A model generated the notes under the pieces. That model was not told the DNA's origin, did no database searches, and worked only from the letters and a program-made list of their open reading frames with translations. From contig CAWAUM010000001.1 in assembly GCA_963785235.1 (NCBI GenBank), positions 736,001-800,000 of the forward strand: DNA of 64,000 nt, written 5' to 3'. Both the position numbers and the translations under genes were made by a program. This stretch comes from an uncultured delta proteobacterium (GTDB lineage: Bacteria > Desulfobacterota > Desulfomonilia > UBA1062). Positions 10,813 through 21,958 of this stretch are shown here, piece after piece. Within the stretch, counting starts at the first letter, position 1; every line of letters starts with the position of its first letter.

Positions 10813-12000
10813 GTGTTCGAACAACAATTAGCTGAACTCAAACGGGGCATCGTTGACATCGTCTCAGAACAAGAGCTCATTGCCAAACTCAAAAAGGGCA
10901 GGCCTCTGAGGATCAAGGTCGGCTTTGACCCGACAGCGCCGGATATCCATCTGGGCCATACGGTGGTGCTCCAGAAGATGAGGCAATTCCAGGATGCCGG
11001 GCATGACGTGATCTGCCTTATCGGAGATTTCACCGGCATGATCGGCGACCCCAGCGGCAGGAGCTCCACCAGGCCGCCGCTCACCAGAACAGAAGTTCTC
11101 GAGAACGCCAAGACCTACCAGGACCAGGTGAAGAAGATCCTGGATCCGGTCCGTACGATCATGAGGTTCAATTCCGAGTGGATGGACAATATGGTGGTCG
11201 CTGACTTTATCAAGCTCACCTCTGTCCAGACAGTTGCACGCATGCTGGAGCGGGATGATTTCAAGAAGCGCTTTGTTGCCCAACATCCCATCAGCATCCA
11301 CGAGTTCCTCTATCCCTTTGTCCAGGGCTATGATTCGGTTGCCTTAGAGGCTGATGTCGAGTTGGGCGGCACTGACCAGGTCTTCAACCTGCTTATGGGC
11401 CGCGAGGTACAGAAGGCCTTTGGCCAGGAGCCACAGGTCATTATGACCCTGCCGCTGCTTGAAGGTACTGACGGTGTCCAGAAGATGAGCAAGTCATATA
11501 ACAATTACATCGGGGTGGATGATGCCCCAGGTGAAATATTCGGTAAGGTAATGTCCATTACGGACGCACTCATGTGGAAGTACTATGAGCTGCTGAGTTC
11601 CAAAACCTTACCCCAGATTGAGAGATTGAAGAAGGCAGTCGAGGCCGGCAGCCTGCACCCCATGGATGCCAAGATGAAGCTGGCATACGAGATGGTGGAG
11701 CGGTTTCATGGTAAAGAACAGGCAGATGCAGCCCTGACAGGCTTTGTGAAGGTCTTTAAGTCCAGGGAATTGCCCGAGGACATTCCTGTGGTCACCCTCA
11801 ATTTGGAAAGGCCGTGGATCTGCGCGGTGCTCAAGGAGGCAGGACTCGTGGCAGGCACATCCGAGGCCAGGCGTATGATTGCACAGGGCGCCGTTCATAT
11901 AGGTGAGGAGAAGATCGCTGATGGTGAATATGTTCTTCCCAAGGGCAGCCATGTCATAAAAGTGGGTAAGCGCAGGTTTGCACGGGTAGAGATTGTTTGA
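10813..12000 (+). CDS. tyrS: Tyrosine--tRNA ligase
   Basis: [19 protein letters not shown]-terminal S4 domain. Confidence 0.97.
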   Translation: MFEQQLAELKRGIVDIVSEQELIAKLKKGRPLRIKVGFDPTAPDIHLGHTVVLQKMRQFQDAGHDVICLIGDFTGMIGDPSGRSSTRPPLTRTEVLENAKTYQDQVKKILDPVRTIMRFNSEWMDNMVVADFIKLTSVQTVARMLERDDFKKRFVAQHPISIHEFLYPFVQGYDSVALEADVELGGTDQVFNLLMGREVQKAFGQEPQVIMTLPLLEGTDGVQKMSKSYNNYIGVDDAPGEIFGKVMSITDALMWKYYELLSSKTLPQIERLKKAVEAGSLHPMDAKMKLAYEMVERFHGKEQADAALTGFVKVFKSRELPEDIPVVTLNLERPWICAVLKEAGLVAGTSEARRMIAQGAVHIGEEKIADGEYVLPKGSHVIKVGKRRFARVEIV

Positions 12001-12050
12001 GGGTCTGAACTTTCGTAATGGTGATTTGAGATGAAATGAAGGGTGTTGGC

Positions 12051-12708
12051 ATGAGAAGAAATACAATTGGTTTTATCATGTTATTCACTATCGGCCTTTT
12101 TTCAGATGTTTTCGGGCAGTCTGCCAAGGACGCAATAATGGCGCTTATGAAGCTTCAGATGAAATGTGAAACAGGCATTTTATACAGCGACTATCTGCCC
12201 GCAATTACCCAGGCAAAGACACCGGTTACGGCATATATTGAAAGCCCTGCATCAAAAAACGCACCGGAATTTTCAGAAGCCCTGAGCAGTGCCCTTGTCG
12301 CATTATGAGCTCGCCGGCAGTATATTTGAATATATGTTTCATGCCGGAGCCGGGCAGCATTTTGTATCAACACAGAATCCAACGCTGTTTCATAAGATAA
12401 GACAAATCTATCCTGAATTGCATATTTATGAAAAGAAAGATGAATCCGGATTCTCTTATTCAGAGGCAATACAGATCATGTGGACAAGGGCTGCATCGGA
12501 AATAGAGAGGGCATCAGAAAAGATACCATCAGTCGCTGTAGAATCAACAACAAAGAATAATGATGAGAAGAATAACTCGGGGCAGATAAATGTCATAAAT
12601 ACCAAATTATCAAGACAGGTCCATGCCCTGAAAAATGAGAATCTAAGGCTCAGGAAACAAAATAAAGAACTCAGGAGAGAGCTCGATAAACTCAAGGGAA
12701 GGCAATAA
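12051..12708 (+). CDS. Hypothetical secreted protein with C-terminal coiled coil; frameshift at ~12295
   Basis: ORFs 12036-12308 and 12289-12708 join on removing one base. Confidence 0.5.
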
Positions 12709-12823
12709 GAACAGGCCGATCTTCCAAAATGATCGTATCTATCGATTCTCTGCAGGCGATTTTAGAAAGGGGAGAACTATTACCCTTTACTTAATGAAAT
12801 TATTATATTAAATCCTTGATCCT

Positions 12824-13381
12824 ATGGATAGAAACACGCTGTCCCTTGTTCCTCTCTGTGCAGCTCTGACGGCTGCCGGAGCACTTATCAAGATTCCGCT
12901 CTGGCCGGTGCCGATAACACTCCAGACCTTCTTCGTTATCCTGTCAGGGATCATCCTCGGCCCACGGTATGGGGCATTGAGCCAACTAGTTTATATCATC
13001 ATAGGGTTACTAGGGCTTCCGGTATTCTCAGGAGGCGGTGGACTTGCATACCTTATGCAGCCGTCCTTTGGGTATCTTATAGGTTTTGTACTATCACCTC
13101 TGGCAGTGGGGAGCCTCGTGAAAAATAAAGCCCTCACCCCTATTTTGGTATTAATGGCCGCGCTTCTAGGTACACTTGTTATCTATAGCATCGGTATACC
13201 CTATCTTGCTGTTTACATGCACTTGGTGCTGAAAAAACCGGATGCAGTAAGCCTGGCTGTTAAGACCGGGGCACTGATCTTTTTGCCCGGGGACATCATC
13301 AAATGCCTTATCTTGGCCCTCATTGTTCCCAAGCTCAAGCTTCAAAGGCATATGCCCTTTAGTTGTATGATCTTGGGATGA
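12824..13381 (+). CDS. bioY: Biotin transporter BioY
   Basis: PVPITLQTF, GLPVFSGG, PSFGYLIGF, FLPGDIIK. Confidence 0.93.
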   Translation: MDRNTLSLVPLCAALTAAGALIKIPLWPVPITLQTFFVILSGIILGPRYGALSQLVYIIIGLLGLPVFSGGGGLAYLMQPSFGYLIGFVLSPLAVGSLVKNKALTPILVLMAALLGTLVIYSIGIPYLAVYMHLVLKKPDAVSLAVKTGALIFLPGDIIKCLILALIVPKLKLQRHMPFSCMILG

Positions 13382-13398
13382 TGATTATCCTCGATTCC

Positions 13399-14094
13399 TT
13401 ATTGGGCTTTGTCTATAATCTTGAGGAAGCTCTCCCTGAATCTGAGCACTTCGGGTGTGGCCGTTTCAACCTTACCCCAGAGTACTTCTTTGGCTGACAG
13501 CCCCTTTTTCCCGTATAGTGTTGCGGTTGCTGCATTGTCAAGCCGCAATGTGGCCCCCTGGAGGGCGAATCCGGCATTCAGGCCTGAAGATCTTGAGAAA
13601 GAATATATCTCGGCATTGAGACCGGAATCTGTAGTCTCGTCCATGTGTAATGCTATGGTGCCGGCCACGATGGACACGTCTGTTCCCAGTATGACATTTT
13701 TTGTTGCCTTCATCTCCAGTGCCCGGCTTCGTCTGAAGACCAGTATGAGATCAGTGGATTGCAGTCCCATCTGCAGGCCGAAGCTTCCTCCATTGATGTT
13801 AATAAGGGCCGGGTTACCCCACAGGCCGTTTTTTTCCCTGACCATGAGCACGCCCTTGCCGTACCTGGCGCCTACAAAAAAACTGGCCCTGACCATGCCC
13901 GGGATAATTGCTATCCCCTCAGCCTTCTGGAGGAGAATGGACGGTATGGCAGTTTGGGGGGATGCCATGGTCTTTGAAAATGTAAGCAGCGAATCCTGAA
14001 GCCGGAGGGATAGAGCCGGATCTGCTGCTGCAGGGCCTTGAACAGGGAAGAGGATGAGAAGCAGCAGTGACATGAACAACCATAATCGATTCAT
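13399..14094 (-). CDS. Lipid-binding SYLF (Ysc84) domain protein
   Basis: Signal peptide; GARYGKGVL, GGSFGLQMG, YSFSRSSGL..G. Confidence 0.85.
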   Translation of the reverse strand: MNRLWLFMSLLLLILFPVQGPAAADPALSLRLQDSLLTFSKTMASPQTAIPSILLQKAEGIAIIPGMVRASFFVGARYGKGVLMVREKNGLWGNPALININGGSFGLQMGLQSTDLILVFRRSRALEMKATKNVILGTDVSIVAGTIALHMDETTDSGLNAEIYSFSRSSGLNAGFALQGATLRLDNAATATLYGKKGLSAKEVLWGKVETATPEVLRFRESFLKIIDKAQ

Positions 14095-14230
14095 AGGCCC
14101 TCTCTTTTCCTTAGGTGTTCCATCATGTGAGTACGCAAAGTCTACTAAAAACCAATCCAGGAGTCTATGGATTAAAATGAAGGGTGAACATCAAGTTATG
14201 TAACATACAGGCTTTGTTGATTCAATATTC

Positions 14231-15295
14231 CTAAACATGCTCCGGCGCTTCGATATCTTGTTGAGCAGGAGGCACTTCGGAACCCAGGAGGATTGCGATC
14301 CACCTTGTGGCCGGGAAACCCTCGCATGTTATTTTGAATATCATGGTAAGCGGTACGGACAGCAGCACTCCTACCGGGCCAAGCACCCATCCCCAGAAGA
14401 TTAAAGATAGAATGACCACGAGCATTGAAAGAGAAAGGCCTTTGCCCATAAATATGGGTTCCAGGATGTCGCCTATCACTGTCTTGATAACAATAAATCC
14501 AAATGTCACCAGGCCGGCTGAACCCAGACCCTGGTCGACGAGCGCGAGAAGAATAGGGGGTATGGCAGCAATGAAGGGGCCGATGTTTGGTATATAGTTC
14601 AAGAGGAAGGACATCAAACCCCACAAAATGGCATAATTGACCCCGATCTCCATGAGCCAGAGCGTCACTACGATTCCGGTAGCCAGGCTTATCCAGGTTT
14701 TGAGTGCAATGTACTTCTCCATACTTTGCACGATCCGGTCGATGGTCTCCTGGGTATGTAATGATGTGCCGCACACGAGGACCTTTTTTGAAAAGCCCGA
14801 AGCCTCAACGAGGATGAATACAACCGTGAAGAGGATCAGGAAGGCATAGGTGAGCGCGCTTCCGAGTCCGCTTAAGAGATTGGCAATGATCTCCATGATT
14901 GAACCGGGGTCAAAATACTGGAGGATCATCCTCTCGGAGATGTAGATATGGAAGGTCCTCAGCCATTTAATGATCATAATCATCAGGACATGGATGCGTT
15001 TCTGATACAGCGGCAGCTGTTGAAGAAAATCACTTACCGATGAACCGATATACGCCCCCACACCGAAGATTACACCGAAGATAACAACAAAGATGATAAG
15101 AATTCCAAGAGATGTGGGGACACCTTTTCTACGCATCCAGGAGAACGGTCTGCCGCACATTATTGCTATGAAGATTGAGAGAAGAAACGGCACGATGATG
15201 GCAGAGGCCGCACGCATGCCGGCAATTATGATTACAGCGCACGCAAGGGTAATGATGATTCTGCCATTTTCGAATTTATTCTGGTCAATATCCAT
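14231..15295 (-). CDS. AI-2E family transporter
   Basis: LLNYIPNIGP, LEPIFMG..L, FWGWVLGPVGVLLSVPLT. Confidence 0.9.
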   Translation of the reverse strand: MDIDQNKFENGRIIITLACAVIIIAGMRAASAIIVPFLLSIFIAIMCGRPFSWMRRKGVPTSLGILIIFVVIFGVIFGVGAYIGSSVSDFLQQLPLYQKRIHVLMIMIIKWLRTFHIYISERMILQYFDPGSIMEIIANLLSGLGSALTYAFLILFTVVFILVEASGFSKKVLVCGTSLHTQETIDRIVQSMEKYIALKTWISLATGIVVTLWLMEIGVNYAILWGLMSFLLNYIPNIGPFIAAIPPILLALVDQGLGSAGLVTFGFIVIKTVIGDILEPIFMGKGLSLSMLVVILSLIFWGWVLGPVGVLLSVPLTMIFKITCEGFPATRWIAILLGSEVPPAQQDIEAPEHV

Positions 15296-15394
15296 GATGC
15301 TTAGATTATCCCTAATGGTGTCCGGTATGTCAAGAAATGGACATGGGGATATGTATCGAGGCTATCCCGGAAGCTTAGGTGATGGATGGTTCCT

Positions 15395-15612
15395 TATCCC
15401 GGGTTTTGTTTAGAAACCTTATCCGTTTAAAACCTTTATCTTGCAGCCTGGTGTGGAACGCAGATTTTATCAGTCCTTCAAGGCTGCAAGATAAAGGTTT
15501 TAAACGGACCTATTAAAAGAAGCATTACCTTGGTCGTAATGAGCTTCATACTTAAGGCTACCTGAAGTGTATAGAGTATGAATGGGTACATTCAATTGTA
15601 AAATCCTGGTTT
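15395..15612 (-). mobile_element. MITE-like repeat copy A (internal hairpin 15422-15508)
   Basis: Homologous to 35501-35735, 37556-37783 and 48737-48881; perfect 28-bp internal inverted repeat. Confidence 0.75.
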
Positions 15613-16378
15613 ATTTCTTAGTAACCGGATTTTTCACAGAACACGGCAGCCCGCAGCAGCACTTGCCGCACACATCAGCATGCCCTTCAAGATGGAACCT
15701 TGCCTCATTTTCAAGGAGTCTCCCATAACATTGCTGCCTGTTAAAGTTGTCTTTCTGCAAGGCACTGCAAGGGCACCTGTCAAGGCAGGCAGAGCATGAT
15801 CCATTATGGAGATAAAGGCAGTGATCACCCTTGATCCTTTCATCCGGTGCCAGTTCAAGCTCAGTCACTATGCTCCCGAACCTTCCTGCGCAGCCCTTGT
15901 CGGTAATCAGCATCCTGTTCAGGCCAAATGTGCCCAACCCGGCGATATAGGCTACATGGCGGTGGGACCATGCGCTCATGAGACTGATAGGGTCGAAGTT
16001 ATGGGTAGCGGGTATGGTGCATGCCCGGTAACCTTTGATGTGAAGGAGTGATTCGAGCCCCTTGTTTATGAGGGTGATCAGCTCATTGGTTTGACCATAT
16101 GCATAAGCCCACTGGGTACTCGGGAATTCCCCTAAGGCATTGCTTGTAACGATTGACTCGGCAAAGGGCAGGAAATAGGCAATTACTGTCCTGGCGCCCT
16201 CAAGCAGGTCTGTGGGTAAAAGGTGACCTTGGTGTGCAGTCTGCTTCAGGTGTTCAAAAAGGGGATCTGCGGCACTTGCATAACCAATGAGCGGGGACTT
16301 CCACAAAACTTTGCCGGATACTGAGGATGGGTGACCGGCCATGACTCCTTCAATCTGTTGACAGATGAAGTCTTTCAT
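15611..16378 (-). CDS. Epoxyqueuosine reductase (QueG)-like 4Fe-4S protein
   Basis: WSHRHVAYIAGLGTFGLN, G.AGRFGS, CSACLDRCP, CGKCCCGLPC. Confidence 0.8.
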   Translation of the reverse strand: MKDFICQQIEGVMAGHPSSVSGKVLWKSPLIGYASAADPLFEHLKQTAHQGHLLPTDLLEGARTVIAYFLPFAESIVTSNALGEFPSTQWAYAYGQTNELITLINKGLESLLHIKGYRACTIPATHNFDPISLMSAWSHRHVAYIAGLGTFGLNRMLITDKGCAGRFGSIVTELELAPDERIKGDHCLYLHNGSCSACLDRCPCSALQKDNFNRQQCYGRLLENEARFHLEGHADVCGKCCCGLPCSVKNPVTKK

Positions 16379-16419
16379 ATAAGAATTATGTACCGGTTCA
16401 AAAAGCAGTACCTCTCGTA

Positions 16420-17745
16420 TCAGGGCCTGATTCTTCTGCATTCAACATAATAACGCTTTTCTTCGGCATGGCCCATGGAGAATGCCTTTCTGGGAAGGAC
16501 CCCTTCTAAGATGATGGTCTTGAAGAGATCGTGTTTTGAGAGCACAGGCAGCAGGAAACCTATGGCTCCTGTCTTTGACCCGAGGTCGCGCACCACATCG
16601 TCACCGTGGATATAGTCGATCTCAGCGTCCCGGTGGTCATTGCAATAGACGTCAAGAAAGGACTGAAGACTCCCCACTTCAAGATTCCATCGGGGGTTGG
16701 ATATGAGGATGCGGCCGTGAGAATTCTGGGTTATAAACTCGATCGTATGTGCGTTCTTCTGTTGTTCAAGCTCAGGCTCATCATCAGTGATGACGGATAC
16801 CTCTGAATCCTTAGGCGTAAAGAAATCCGTCATGGCAGCAAAGACGTCATCGCTTTCCACATTAAAGAGTACCCGGTGGATTGGCTCGAATTCAAGGCCT
16901 TTATCGTGGATGTTGACCAGTTCCACCAGTGCAAAACGGGCAGGGTGGCTCATAATGGCCACTTTGTCGTCGGAGCGGTCTTTAATCTGTTCCCAGAAGA
17001 GCTTTGCAGATGCCAGGGAATGGTTGCCGTCGCCTACTGCATACAGAAGCACGTCAGCAGAATCCCTGAGCCCGTACCGATCGCTTAACCGTGCGGGATC
17101 AGCAAGCCGCATGAGGCTTCGGGTAATATCCCGGATCGCTCTTTCATCACCAACATGGTATCCCCTGATATGACCGCCGTTCATCATGAGGTCAAAATCA
17201 TAGAGCTTGGTGAGCCTCCTGCCGAACAGGGGCTCTATGACGGTCATCTCCGGGTCGTCGATGAGCACCATGATGTGCGGCAGCTCGATTGTTGCATTGG
17301 CCCTAATTTTAACGCGCACGGGAAGGCGTTCCACAACGGTCCCTTCAGTGGCCCGGATGAGACACGTAGAACCTTCCTTGAAGTCGTAGTGCTCCAGGTC
17401 CAGGCAGACGAGCAGCCCGCGTCTTATGATGCCCCGGGCTGTGGTGCGCTCGATCAGGACAAAGCCTTCCTTCTGGGGTTCGAGAATGCCTTGTGCAAGG
17501 TAGCTCTCCATGACCTTGCTGATCTTGTCGATCTGTTCATCGTTGTCTGTGGAGTTCAGGTATGCCTCGGGATAGATCAGGCGCAATGTGGAGGGTGAGA
17601 GTCCCACGAGTTCGTCCACCTGCTTCCAGTATTCTCCCTGGGAGGTAAACTGGTCACAGGCAACAACCGACCACCTGGTAAGGTCCGTTCCCTTTCCTGG
17701 CAGGAGTATTTGGGGTACATGCAGGGCTACTGTTTCGAGGCTCAT
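16420..17745 (-). CDS. DUF1015 family protein
   Basis: WSVVACDQFTS, IRATEGT, ELPHIMVLIDD, AVGDGNHSLA, LPRKAFSMG. Confidence 0.85.
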   Translation of the reverse strand: MSLETVALHVPQILLPGKGTDLTRWSVVACDQFTSQGEYWKQVDELVGLSPSTLRLIYPEAYLNSTDNDEQIDKISKVMESYLAQGILEPQKEGFVLIERTTARGIIRRGLLVCLDLEHYDFKEGSTCLIRATEGTVVERLPVRVKIRANATIELPHIMVLIDDPEMTVIEPLFGRRLTKLYDFDLMMNGGHIRGYHVGDERAIRDITRSLMRLADPARLSDRYGLRDSADVLLYAVGDGNHSLASAKLFWEQIKDRSDDKVAIMSHPARFALVELVNIHDKGLEFEPIHRVLFNVESDDVFAAMTDFFTPKDSEVSVITDDEPELEQQKNAHTIEFITQNSHGRILISNPRWNLEVGSLQSFLDVYCNDHRDAEIDYIHGDDVVRDLGSKTGAIGFLLPVLSKHDLFKTIILEGVLPRKAFSMGHAEEKRYYVECRRIRP

Positions 17746-17858
17746 GGCCAGCTTCTCCTCTTGGTGAGTGGAATCGTCTGTTGTTGATGTATGCTGATCT
17801 TCATACCAGAACCATCACCGTGCTTGTCAACTGCATTGAGCATGAACGGAGAACTCCA

Positions 17859-20431
17859 TCACGGGGTAAGCACCAAAACATCCCGGTACTGGGCCTTGAG
17901 CGCCCCTTCCTTGAAGGGGAAGGTGATATATTCCCCATTTCGCCAGGTCTTTATGCCGTCATCGTAGTGCGGGCTTGAAGGGTTGTCGGACTGGCCCGAG
18001 CTGTTGACGCCGAACATGGGCTCTTCCAGGCTGAAGTCCACCACGATCCTCATGGCAGGGATAAGCCATGTGTCGAAGTCTCTGCCCATGGTATAGGCCG
18101 AAACGTTGAGCGTGAAGATATCCCCTGGTGCAGGGTACGGTCCCCTGTTGAAGTATGACCACAGGAGATTCATGGCGGTCCTTTCCATGAACCCCATATC
18201 TGTGCGGTTTTGGAGGCCTCGGTCTCCCAGACATAGGTGTGCAGAGCCCCCCAGTTCCATTTAGCGGGGTCACTGCCCTGCCTTGATTCCAGAGATGACA
18301 CGGCATTAAAGAGCGATTCAGCGATAATGGCCGCCTTGGTCTCCTTCAAGGTGGTCTTCACGTCGTCCCAGAAAGGGCTCTCATCCCCGCGGATGAGGAG
18401 ATGGTCGCAGGTTGCGTTATAGCTCTCGTTATTCATGACCAGGAAGGACTTCCATGCCCTCGAATCCTCAGGGCCCAGCTCGTCGAGAAAGATGTTTCTG
18501 GTTGCGCAGTCAAGCAGGACCCCCACCAGCGCAGCTCCGCTCGATCCGGCCTGCATGTCGCCATCGAAGTCCCGGAGCATATCGAGGGCGAGCTGTGCCT
18601 TTTTTCTCTTCTCAGGGTCTTTCCAGCTGTTGATCTCCCTGGTAATTTCCTCTGCAAGTTTTCCGCTTAAGAAGGACGGCCTTGAGCTTGGGTACGAACA
18701 GGGAATGGGTGTCGAGCTGCATGTCCATGCAGGTCCTTGCCGTATGTTCGGTGGTGGCAGAGGCCATCTGGGCGATGCGCTCGGCCCGCTCAGGCCAGTA
18801 CCATGATGATGAGAGGGTTTGGGGGTGGTCCTTTGCAACAGTGCGGTTGTTGGCCGTGCCGATGAATCCCTCGGGGGGGTTCTTTGAACCCGGCAGGACT
18901 TCCGGGTTCAGGAGACCGGTCCAGTCATACTCGCCGGTCCATCCGGGTGAGGGCATGAGGCCCCGGCCTTTGGCCCGGACAGGGTAGTTGCCGATCACCT
19001 GCCAGGCAATGTTGTCCTTGTCAGCCAGGACCATATTCAGGGCAATGGCCCTGATCCGTTTCATAATGGGTATGGCCTCCTCAACCGAACCGTGCGGAAC
19101 TCAGGCTGAAAAAGGCATTCATGCTGTCGTCGTCTTCTGTTACAGTAGCCCAGCTCAGTGCAATCCCGTAAGGCAGGGCCACGGCCCTTGGCTGGAAGAG
19201 CTGGATGGGTTCCTTTGTGAGGGCATCGCCCAGGAGCGGCCCGTGGATGGTTTCATGGATGGTGATGCTCACCGGGGCCTTGCCTTTGACCTGTGATGGT
19301 TTCCTTTCGATCGCTTGTGGGCAGCCATTTGCCCTTGTAGAGGTAGTGGAGCCTGCCGCCTATGTCCTTGAGCCTCTCCAGGAAGATGTCCTGGTTGTCC
19401 GCCATGACCATGGTCATGCCCCAGGCGATATGTCCGTTATATCCGGCTATCACAACAGGGACGCCCGATAACGCTTATGCCTGCAACATCATACCCGCCA
19501 CACCTGACATGGATCATGTTCCACATGGATGGCATGCTCAACAGGAGGTGGGTATCGTTGCACAGGATGCTCGCATTGCCTTTTGTCCTGCCCTTGGAGA
19601 TGGCCCAGTTGTTTGAGGCGGCAATGCCTCCGAGTCCCAGGGAGCTCAGGAGGGGCTGGACCTTGGTGATCCCTGCCAAGGCCGATACCGCACTGTTCAG
19701 ATCGATTCCGGAGAGTTTATCCGCCTCATCAAAGGGTATGGGCTCATCAGGATAGATGGGCAGCAGCCATGCGGTCTTCTGCTGCTCCTATGGCCTGGGC
19801 CACATTCAAGGCGAGCGATCTCTTCGTGGAGATTGAAGGAGAGTGCGAGATCCAGCAGGGCATACACCATGATGGAGTCGATGGGTTTCCAGTATTCCGG
19901 CGTGTATCCGGCCAGCGCAAGTTCCGCAGGCAGTATTGTCCTTATGCCGGTCCAGGTAGGCGTTCACCCCCGTACAGTATCGCTCCAGCAGGGCCAGGTT
20001 CTCGGGGCTGATGTTTTTGAGCAGGTTCAGGGCTGTTTGTCTGAGGTTCATGGTGCGCATGTACAGGTCCAGGTCGATCATGGACGCTCCGGCCATCTCG
20101 CTCAGGCGGCCTTCGGACATGAGCCTGATGGCCGCCATCTGGGTGAGCCGGTCAGAGGCATGGACATAGCCCATGGCCATGGCCATATCACCCATGGTCC
20201 TCGCCTCGATGAAGGGGATGCCAAGGGCGTCCCTCCTCACGGTGACCGGTTCTGTAAGGCCGGGCAGGTTCATGGTCCCCTTGGTTATATCAACGGTTTT
20301 CTCAAAGTGCTGTGCCACCATGTTGGTGCAGCCGCCCATGAAAAGGCCCAGGATCAATCCATGCATAAGATTAACCATACCGGGCTGCTGTTGCTTCTTG
20401 GTATACAGAAATTTTCATGTGCTGCCTTCAT
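17859..20431 (-). pseudogene. Penicillin acylase (Ntn-hydrolase) family protein broken by at least 5 frameshifts (true pseudogene or assembly errors)
   Basis: Consecutive fragments: RRDALGIPFIEA, GYVHASDRL.Q, ASNNWAI (catalytic Ser), NDTHL, NPPEGFIGTANN, PAMRIVVDF, SGQSDNPSSPHYDD. Confidence 0.85.
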
Positions 20432-20499
20432 GGCTCCTCCTCTCATGTTCAGGGGTGCAAAAGAATATCGCTTCAATCATAATACATGATGATGCAGGG

Positions 20500-21282
20500 C
20501 TACCCTAGGGTGATCGTCCCCTGCATATATTTCACGGCCCGGCCCGAGATGATGACCCGCTCTCCCATATCCCTGCAGAAGAGCTCACCGCCACGCTCAG
20601 AGACCTGGAGGGCATGGAGCTCTTTCTTGCCGAGCCTTTTTGACCAGTATGGAATCAGCGCACAGTGGGCCGATCCGGTCACAGGGTCTTCATCAATCCC
20701 CAGCCTTGGCGCAAAGAACCGGGATACAAAATCCGAACAGATCCCGGGTGCAGTAACAATGACGCCGCGCAGGTCCACTTTCTTCAACAGGTCCATGTTA
20801 GGCCTCAGAGAACGGATATCCTCCTCCTGATCATAGACTACAAAATAATCCGAGCTTTTCAGTACTGCAGCCGGCTTCATTCCAAGGGCTTCAATCAGTT
20901 CTGCCGGTGGAGCACAGACAGTTGGCGGCTGTGATGGGAAATCGAGCGATAAAATATCTCCCGTACGCTCTACCCCCAAAGGACCGCTTCGTGAATCAAA
21001 CAAGACATGGGAAATTTTCAAGTCGAGTTCGGTAAAGATGATGAAGGCAGAGGCAAGGGTAGCATGACCACAGAGATCGACCTCTTCTACAGGCGTGAAC
21101 CAGCGGATTCGGTAATGATCACCCTCAAGGACAAAAAATGCGGTCTCCGAGAGGTTGTTCTCCCGGGCAATGAGCTGCATGGTCTTTTCATCAAGCCAAT
21201 GGAGGAGCGGGCACACGGCAGCGGGGTTGCCGGAGAAGACTTTGGATGAGAATGCATCGACCTGGTAGATAGGTATATTCAT
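20500..21282 (-). CDS. PhzF family isomerase
   Basis: QVDAFS..FSGNPAAV, NLSETAF, EVDLCGHATLA, EDPVTGSAH. Confidence 0.93.
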   Translation of the reverse strand: MNIPIYQVDAFSSKVFSGNPAAVCPLLHWLDEKTMQLIARENNLSETAFFVLEGDHYRIRWFTPVEEVDLCGHATLASAFIIFTELDLKISHVLFDSRSGPLGVERTGDILSLDFPSQPPTVCAPPAELIEALGMKPAAVLKSSDYFVVYDQEEDIRSLRPNMDLLKKVDLRGVIVTAPGICSDFVSRFFAPRLGIDEDPVTGSAHCALIPYWSKRLGKKELHALQVSERGGELFCRDMGERVIISGRAVKYMQGTITLG

Positions 21283-21527
21283 GGTCTTTATTCACCCTTC
21301 TTAACATGGATGTTAAAGAAGCATACAACTGCAGATAGCCATATTGTCAGATATGGATGCGCATCCGCCTGCCAAGCCATAAAATTGTACTCCCATGGGC
21401 ATTGGTCCTGCAATGACAATCTCAAGAACGGAATAAATATACCTATTATGGATAAAAAAAGTAACATCCAGCAACGCTCTTTTTGGGCAGACATCATTAA
21501 CTTATTGAAATAATGAATAAATATGAG

Positions 21528-21543
21528 TGGCATGCCATTTGCT
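21528..21543 (+). promoter_or_regulatory. Sigma54 (-24/-12) promoter
   Basis: TGGCATGCCATTTGCT: GG-N10-GC, ~70 bp upstream of ORF 21615. Confidence 0.55.
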
Positions 21544-21614
21544 GTTCATTCTCTATCAGCCATAAGATAGGGAAATGACCATAATTCGGGCAAGAAAGGC
21601 GGCTCCAGGAAGCT

Positions 21615-21890
21615 ATGATTTTTGATGAAGAACAACTCCTTAAGATAGAATCTCAGCGAAGAGAGAACCCGCAGGTCGAGCATCTTATTGCCCAGAGGAA
21701 TCAGTTACTCAAAGACCATCCCCACCTCCGGGAACTCCAGGATGAGGTTGATGCCCTCCTGAGTACCACAATCAATCCTGTAATAAGGCTGGAAATCCTC
21801 TTCATGCTCATGACCGACAGGCTCATGGAGATGAGGACTGTCTTTACAGAGCTCATAAAGATGGCCCATACTGCTTCTCTTGATAAATAA
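21615..21890 (+). CDS. Hypothetical helical protein
   Basis: 91-aa ORF with AGGA RBS. Confidence 0.6.
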   Translation: MIFDEEQLLKIESQRRENPQVEHLIAQRNQLLKDHPHLRELQDEVDALLSTTINPVIRLEILFMLMTDRLMEMRTVFTELIKMAHTASLDK

Positions 21891-21958
21891 TTTCAAATTC
21901 GTATTACTTCTATTAAATCAGTCTTAGTAATACCGGGAACCTCTGTAATGAGGAATCT

